Source: Abditibacteriaceae bacterium
GTDB taxonomy: Bacteria > Armatimonadota > Abditibacteriia > Abditibacteriales > Abditibacteriaceae
Assembly: GCA_965277285.1 (NCBI GenBank)
Contig: OZ255721.1
Span: forward strand, 1,184,001 to 1,248,000
DNA: 64,000 nt
Reading direction: 5' to 3'
A program made the position numbers and the translations under genes. Below are positions 59,190 to 64,000 of the stretch, in pieces (position 1 is the first letter of the stretch; the number at the start of each line of letters is the position of its first letter). The notes below the pieces were generated by a model, which was not told the DNA's origin, made no database searches, and was given only the letters and a program-made list of their open reading frames with translations.

Positions 59190-60167
59190 TTAGTTTTGTG
59201 CGAGCAGAAATGCTTCGACTTCGCTCTTCGTGGGCAAAGATGGAATGGCGCCCACTTTCTGGGTGGCAAGCGCGCCGCATGCGTTGGCGAAACGAACGGC
59301 TTCACGCAAAGCGTGCTCGTTCAAGGCGTCATCGAGTACTGGATATTGCAGCAATTGATGCAGCAGGCCCGACACAAAACTGTCACCGGCGCCTAAAGTA
59401 TCAACGGCGTGCGCCGAAAAACCCGCAACTTCGCCTTCGACGACGTGTCCATCCGGCATTTCCGCGTTAAAGTAAGCGCCATCGGCACCGCGTGTGACCA
59501 CAACCAACCTCGGCCCAAAGCGACGAATTTTTTGCGCGCCTTCGGAAAAGTCCGTGGTTCCCGTCACGAATTCCCATTCTTCGTCGGCGATTTTGACGAC
59601 ATCGCTGAGCGACATCATCAAAGTGATCAAGTCGCCCGCAAGTTCGTGATCGTACCACACACCAGGTCGCCAATTCGGGTCGAAAGAAATCAGCAAGCCG
59701 CGTTCGCGCGCCATTTCCGCCGCGTGATATTGCGCTTCACGACACGGGCTTTGCGAAAGCGACACGCTGCCGCAATGAAATAAACGCGCGCCCTCGAACA
59801 TCATGGGACGAATTTCAGCCGCGTTGAGCATCACGTCCGCGCCCGGATTGCGATAAAAACAAATGTCCTTGCGCCCATCGCTGCGCGTGGCGACAAACGC
59901 CATCGTGGTGCGCGCGATCTCGCTTTGCAACAAATACGCTGTGTCAACGCCTTCGCGCGCCACCGTTTCAATCAGGAAATCGCCGAATGGGTCTTGCCCG
60001 ACTTGCCCGATGAAGCGGCTCGTCATGCCCAGGCGCGACAAGCCGACCGCGACATTGGCGGGCGCGCCGCCCGGCGCTTTGAGAAAACGGGGCGCGTCTC
60101 GCAGCGAAGCATCGGCCTCGCCAACCATATCCACTAACAATTCACCGAAACACACCACATCCGCCAT
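59190..60167 (-). CDS. PfkB-family carbohydrate kinase (fructokinase-like)
   Basis: GGAPANVA.GL.RLG, FDPN.R, VDT.GAGD.F, ANA.GA......GA. Confidence 0.95.
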   Translation of the reverse strand: MADVVCFGELLVDMVGEADASLRDAPRFLKAPGGAPANVAVGLSRLGMTSRFIGQVGQDPFGDFLIETVAREGVDTAYLLQSEIARTTMAFVATRSDGRKDICFYRNPGADVMLNAAEIRPMMFEGARLFHCGSVSLSQSPCREAQYHAAEMARERGLLISFDPNWRPGVWYDHELAGDLITLMMSLSDVVKIADEEWEFVTGTTDFSEGAQKIRRFGPRLVVVTRGADGAYFNAEMPDGHVVEGEVAGFSAHAVDTLGAGDSFVSGLLHQLLQYPVLDDALNEHALREAVRFANACGALATQKVGAIPSLPTKSEVEAFLLAQN

Positions 60168-60309
60168 CTTCTTTTCTCCCGCAAACACGCCAAATTATAG
60201 CAAGTTGCCAATCCGCAACTGCCTTTTATCATTTGCGACAAAGGGCTGTCCACATTTTAGCCGATTCGCGCGATATGATAAAGTCAAAAGAACATTTCAA
60301 GGAGAAAAC

Positions 60310-60717
60310 ATGAATAAAGTCCCATTGAAAGTCCAGGCGCGCGGCTGTTTTATCGCGTTCGGCTTGCTACTTACAACCGTTCATTCGGTTCAGGCACGCA
60401 GCGGGCTGGCTTCTTACGACCAACACACGGGCGCCTTTGTCACCGCCGCGCGCTATGAACCGCGTGGCGCTTTGCTCAACGTGATGAATCCGCGCACGGG
60501 ACGCTCGATTCTGGTGCGCGTGACGGATCGCGGCCCTTTCAATGGCAATCGAGTACTCGATTTATCAACCGGCGCTTTTCGCGCGCTTTTTGGCGGCTTG
60601 GGACGCGGCACGGGACGCGTTTCCTACCAAGTCGTCAGCAGTGGCGGCGCTTCTGAACGCCGCAGTCAACGCAGCGCTTACAGGCGCCGTCATCGTCGCG
60701 CGCGTCACCATCGTTGA
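60310..60717 (+). CDS. RlpA-like (DPBB) lytic transglycosylase family protein
   Basis: G.ASY, TAA, V.N..TGRS..VRV.DRGPF...RVLDLS..AF; GGAG RBS. Confidence 0.85.
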   Translation: MNKVPLKVQARGCFIAFGLLLTTVHSVQARSGLASYDQHTGAFVTAARYEPRGALLNVMNPRTGRSILVRVTDRGPFNGNRVLDLSTGAFRALFGGLGRGTGRVSYQVVSSGGASERRSQRSAYRRRHRRARHHR

Positions 60718-60750
60718 CCACATTATCGTTGACCACGTTCCGATAACGCT

Positions 60751-62244
60751 ATGTCCTATTTCTTTCCTGGCCTGTGGCATCTCGCCGCAGCGATGGCTTT
60801 TGCCTTCGGCCTGAGCGCCTTGCGCGGCGGCGACTCCACGTCGCTTTTAAGTCGTCCCGAATTCATCGTCGCCTGCGTGCTTGGTTCCTCGGCCTTGTTT
60901 TTCATTCCCGATGCGTGGGCGAAAAAGGGTTTGATGAAATTTTTGCATTATCCCCTGCCCGACTGGGATGTTTTGTTGCTCGGCCCCGCGTCGCATCGCC
61001 ACTGGTTCACTCATTCGCCGATTTTGCCGCTCGCTTTGTTCTGGCTCAGCACGCGGTTTTCTTTCGCACCACACGCATTTGCGCCTCACGCGTTCGCGTC
61101 GCATTCGGTTTGGGCGAATGCGGCGTGCGGTTTGTCAATTGGTTTGAGCAGTCATCTTTTCTGGGATTGCGTCAGTTCGCGTTCGCACAAAATCGTTTTC
61201 GTGCCCTATTGGATGGCCTTGCGACCGGCTTTGTCGCGCATTTATTTGCTGGGAGGCGCCTTGCTTTCTCTTCTCGTTGCACTCTGGTTTGGTTCGGTTT
61301 CGTCGCCGCTCAAGAAAATATCGCTGCCTTCGTTTTTAAAGACAGATTCGAGTACTCGAAACATCGTCGCGCCGCGTTTTCAGTTGGTAGACGCCAACAA
61401 CGGTGTTCGATATGATGGCGCGAAACCCGTCAAAGTCGCTGATGTGCGCACGCCCGAAGGCGTTTCCTTTGCGCCGGACGGAACACTCTTCGCGGTCGAA
61501 AATATCGAAGGCGGCAACATCGTGCGCATTCGCAACGGCAAAGCCGAAAATTGGCTGTCTTCCAGCACGCGCGCCCAAAATCCTGATGGCCGACCGAACG
61601 GGACGAAGTTCTGGGGCAAAACCTTGTTCTTCGCCGATTCGGGCTTGAAGCAAATCTGGGCGATTGCGCCCGATAAAACCGTCCAGGTGATTGTCGATGC
61701 GCGACGCGGCGAATGCGTCAACGGCCCGAACGACCTGGCGTTTGATGCGCGCGGCAACTTTTATTTCACCGATCCTTTGTGGGATCATACGGGCAACGTT
61801 TATTTTTGCCATCGCGTCAAAGGTGGAAAGTGGACGACGACGTTTTTCGCGGGCGAGCTTTACTTCCCAAATGGCGTCGCTGTGGCGCCCGATGGACACG
61901 CGCTTTTTGTTGGCGAGACGCAGCGCAATCGTATTTGGAAAATTGAAATTAAGGCTGATGGCAGCGAGGGTCACAAGCGTGTCTGGTGCGTTCTGCCAAC
62001 GCCGCCGCATTCGTGGAACGGCCCGGACGGAATGCGTTTCGACAATCGCGGACGCTTGTTTGTGGCGCAATATGGCAACCACGCGATTCAAGTCATTTCG
62101 CCTCAAGGTCGAGTACTCGAAACGCTGGATGCAGGCGGCCAAAATCCAACGAATGTCGCTTTTTCGCGCGACCAGAAAACGTTGTATGTCAGCGAAACCG
62201 AAACCAACGCGATTTATAAGATTGACCTGACGAAAGATCGTTGA
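60751..62244 (+). CDS. Fusion of a membrane (HR.WFTHS metal-hydrolase-like) domain and an SMP-30/gluconolactonase beta-propeller
   Basis: N-half: PD.D, HRHWFTHS, SHL.WD; C-half: PEG, PNG, PNDL.FD..G..YFTDP, PDG..FD..G.L. Confidence 0.8.
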   Translation: MSYFFPGLWHLAAAMAFAFGLSALRGGDSTSLLSRPEFIVACVLGSSALFFIPDAWAKKGLMKFLHYPLPDWDVLLLGPASHRHWFTHSPILPLALFWLSTRFSFAPHAFAPHAFASHSVWANAACGLSIGLSSHLFWDCVSSRSHKIVFVPYWMALRPALSRIYLLGGALLSLLVALWFGSVSSPLKKISLPSFLKTDSSTRNIVAPRFQLVDANNGVRYDGAKPVKVADVRTPEGVSFAPDGTLFAVENIEGGNIVRIRNGKAENWLSSSTRAQNPDGRPNGTKFWGKTLFFADSGLKQIWAIAPDKTVQVIVDARRGECVNGPNDLAFDARGNFYFTDPLWDHTGNVYFCHRVKGGKWTTTFFAGELYFPNGVAVAPDGHALFVGETQRNRIWKIEIKADGSEGHKRVWCVLPTPPHSWNGPDGMRFDNRGRLFVAQYGNHAIQVISPQGRVLETLDAGGQNPTNVAFSRDQKTLYVSETETNAIYKIDLTKDR

Positions 62245-62263
62245 CTGTGCTTGTCAATGGCAA

Positions 62264-62929
62264 CTAAATGCCTTGAATGTGAAGGTGCGATTTGGCCAGC
62301 GGATCGTGCTTTATCTTTTCTTCCCACGTCGGGTAAGAGTTCCACCATTTCCGATAGAGTATTTTGGCTTCTGGCACACCTTTTTGTTGCAGCCAGACTA
62401 AATAATTGGTTTTTACTGGTTCATCGGTAAACAAGTGAGCTTTTCCTAAATCATTATCCTTTCCCTGTCGCATATCTTCGACTAAAATGAGTGCGCTCGC
62501 CGCTTGGTCTGCTTTATAAGAGTCTAATCGGCTGATAATCGAAGCCGTCGTTTTTTCTTTCACTTGGACCGGCCAGGTATAAACTCTCATGCCTTCGCGT
62601 CCGCCCGCTTTGAAAGCATAAAAATCAACGATGGCGTTAAATTCGTTGTCATCGTTTGTTGTTTGCAATCGCTGAAGAAAAAATGCGTCCACGCGGTCGG
62701 GAATGTAACCGCCGTGGTGAGCATCTAAGTTGGCATCCAAGTTCTGAAGCGTAGCGGCTTTATCCGTAGAACGTTTATAAGTGAACTGAAAAAGTGCAAA
62801 GCCCATGGAAGTATCTGGCGCGGCAAAAGCGAGCAAATGCAAGCCGAAAAGAAGGCCGACAAAGAGAATGCCCGCGCTCAGCCATCCGACGACTTTGATT
62901 CTTGTATTGGATTTTTTTATGCGGAACAT
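62264..62929 (-). CDS. Hypothetical membrane-anchored protein
   Basis: N-terminal TM; AAGGA RBS; lower GC than neighbours. Confidence 0.6.
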   Translation of the reverse strand: MFRIKKSNTRIKVVGWLSAGILFVGLLFGLHLLAFAAPDTSMGFALFQFTYKRSTDKAATLQNLDANLDAHHGGYIPDRVDAFFLQRLQTTNDDNEFNAIVDFYAFKAGGREGMRVYTWPVQVKEKTTASIISRLDSYKADQAASALILVEDMRQGKDNDLGKAHLFTDEPVKTNYLVWLQQKGVPEAKILYRKWWNSYPTWEEKIKHDPLAKSHLHIQGI

Positions 62930-62937
62930 ATATTCCT

Positions 62938-63789
62938 TTAAACACCCAGCAATTTCGCAGCGAAATAGACGACCGGCGCGGCGAAGAGCAGCGAATCGCA
63001 TCTATCCAAAACGCCGCCGTGACCTGGTAAAATCGTGCCCAAATCCTTGACGCCCAGTTCGCGTTTCCAGAACGACTCGGCCAAATCACCCAAAGGCGCG
63101 AAAATGCCGACGCAAACGCCAAAAACGACGCCGCGACCAATTCCCAAATGCGCAAAATGCGCGATGAGAACACTCATTAAAATAGTGGCGAGAAATCCGG
63201 CCAACAAACCTTCGCGGCTTTTGCCTGGTGATAACGGCGTCAATTTCGTTTTACCAAAACGTCGTCCCGCGTAATACGCAACTGTGTCGCCCGTCCACAC
63301 GCCGAAAAGCGTCAGCCACAACAACGCTCGTCCGTTCGCTTGGTTTTGCAACATCGGGATGAAAGCGAACAACGAAACGTAAAGGCTGGCGAAAACCGAT
63401 AGCGACAACGACAGCAACGAGATTTTTTGCGGCGCGGCAAACAAACAAATTGAGGCAGTCAGCGCGACAATCACCAGAGCCATCAATAACGTAACGGGAT
63501 TAGCGTGCGCGTTCGTTGTCGCGTTGGGCAAAGTCGCGGCGCTGAAAAATAACGTGAAGAACAGCGGCAGCAAAAAGCCGAACGACCAAACTTCGATTCG
63601 AGTACTCGATTGTCGCGTCGCCGCAATCAATTCGTTCAAGGAAAGCAGCGCCAACACCAAAGCCACGCCAAACACCAGCCATCCGCCGATGTAAACAATC
63701 GCCAGCACAATTGGCAAGCCGATGAGCGCCGTCAGGACGCGCGGCGAAACCGGTAAGCGGCGCGTTGGTTTGGAAGATTGAGTTAGCAT
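62938..63789 (-). CDS. cdsA: Phosphatidate cytidylyltransferase
   Basis: D..AY..GR.FGK.KL..LSPGKS.EG, GDL.ES..KR..GVKD.G.ILPGHGGVLDR.DS. Confidence 0.96.
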   Translation of the reverse strand: MLTQSSKPTRRLPVSPRVLTALIGLPIVLAIVYIGGWLVFGVALVLALLSLNELIAATRQSSTRIEVWSFGFLLPLFFTLFFSAATLPNATTNAHANPVTLLMALVIVALTASICLFAAPQKISLLSLSLSVFASLYVSLFAFIPMLQNQANGRALLWLTLFGVWTGDTVAYYAGRRFGKTKLTPLSPGKSREGLLAGFLATILMSVLIAHFAHLGIGRGVVFGVCVGIFAPLGDLAESFWKRELGVKDLGTILPGHGGVLDRCDSLLFAAPVVYFAAKLLGV

Positions 63790-63794
63790 TGTTT

Positions 63795-63869
63795 TGTAGG
63801 GGCGAGGCGCTGCCTCGCCCTTGTCATTGTGAAATTTAGTCTCGGGCGAGGCAGTGCCTCGCCCCTACA
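63795..63869. repeat. GTAG-type REP doublet (REPIN-like)
   Basis: GTAGGGGCGAGGCGCTGCCTCGCCC ... GGGCGAGGCAGTGCCTCGCCCCTAC: two inverted GTAG-headed hairpins. Confidence 0.85.
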
Positions 63870-63999
63870 GCGGATTTTTATCGACCACGACTTTGGCGTC
63901 GGGCGCGGCTGCCGGGCCGCTTTCGGGCAAGGCGACGCCTTCATCTTCGGGATTGGGTTGCGTCGGTTTGGCTTCGCCCAGCATGGCAGCGCGCGTTTC
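63865..63999 (-). CDS. 3' end of a gene truncated by the window edge
   Basis: Open frame ...ETRAAMLGEAKPTQPNPEDEG...DKNPL* ending in the REP's TAG. Confidence 0.5.
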   Translation of the reverse strand, partial: ETRAAMLGEAKPTQPNPEDEGVALPESGPAAAPDAKVVVDKNPL

Positions 64000-64000
64000 T

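Larger units (their letters stand above)
2..63609. repeat. Dispersed highly iterated palindrome TCGAGTACTCGA (about 50 exact and about 15 one-mismatch copies)
   Basis: Exact copies start at approx. 2,453,1612,2805,4639,5270,6228,7589,8850,10105,10623,11127,11611,12436,13025,15573,16400,18891,19185,20736,21137,21918,22944,24637,26988,27647,28790,30442,31493,33900,35257,36133,36938,39254,40416,41554,42514,48310,49269,49628,50483,51760,52675,53665,54086,58561,60549,61348,62109,63598 (manual count). Confidence 0.97.

Noticed and set aside
59863..60309. N-terminal extension of the RlpA-like ORF
   Set aside because: It overlaps pfkB antisense; the RBS and signal peptide support a start at 60310.
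2..63609. TCGAGTACTCGA as a linker/adapter artefact or a single transcription-factor regulon
   Set aside because: Copies keep reading frames and plausible residues in conserved proteins and have natural one-mismatch variants. The density and intragenic placement are far beyond a normal regulon.
63865..64000. uppS assignment for the truncated gene upstream of cdsA
   Set aside because: Only a non-diagnostic C-terminal tail is visible; synteny alone is insufficient.

Overview
This is a gene-dense bacterial chromosome segment, moderately GC-rich by eye. A prepilin-like/DUF1559 H-X9-DG gene and the general gene content suggest an Armatimonadota/Abditibacteriota-like organism (inference only). It holds mostly housekeeping genes (ffh-rpsP-khpA-ylqD, ftsY, a rib operon, lepA, csp, ilvD, lysC, cynS, alaS, rsgA, cdsA), with secreted, carbohydrate-active and hypothetical genes between them. 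The main signal is not a gene. The 12-bp palindrome TCGAGTACTCGA (usually WTCGAGTACTCGAW) occurs about 50 times exactly by manual count, plus about 15 one-mismatch copies, against roughly 0.004 expected by chance. It lies between genes and in-frame inside conserved genes, where it encodes SSTR, RVL[DE] or [IF]EYS. Its spacing looks more even than random, and it is sparse in accessory-looking genes. It behaves like a HIP1-type highly iterated palindrome, but its sequence and length are new to me. The intergenic DNA also carries at least five families of REP/MITE-like hairpins, some nested, and a perfect 9x16-bp quasi-palindromic tandem array. I saw no rRNA, tRNA, CRISPR array, transposase or methyltransferase.
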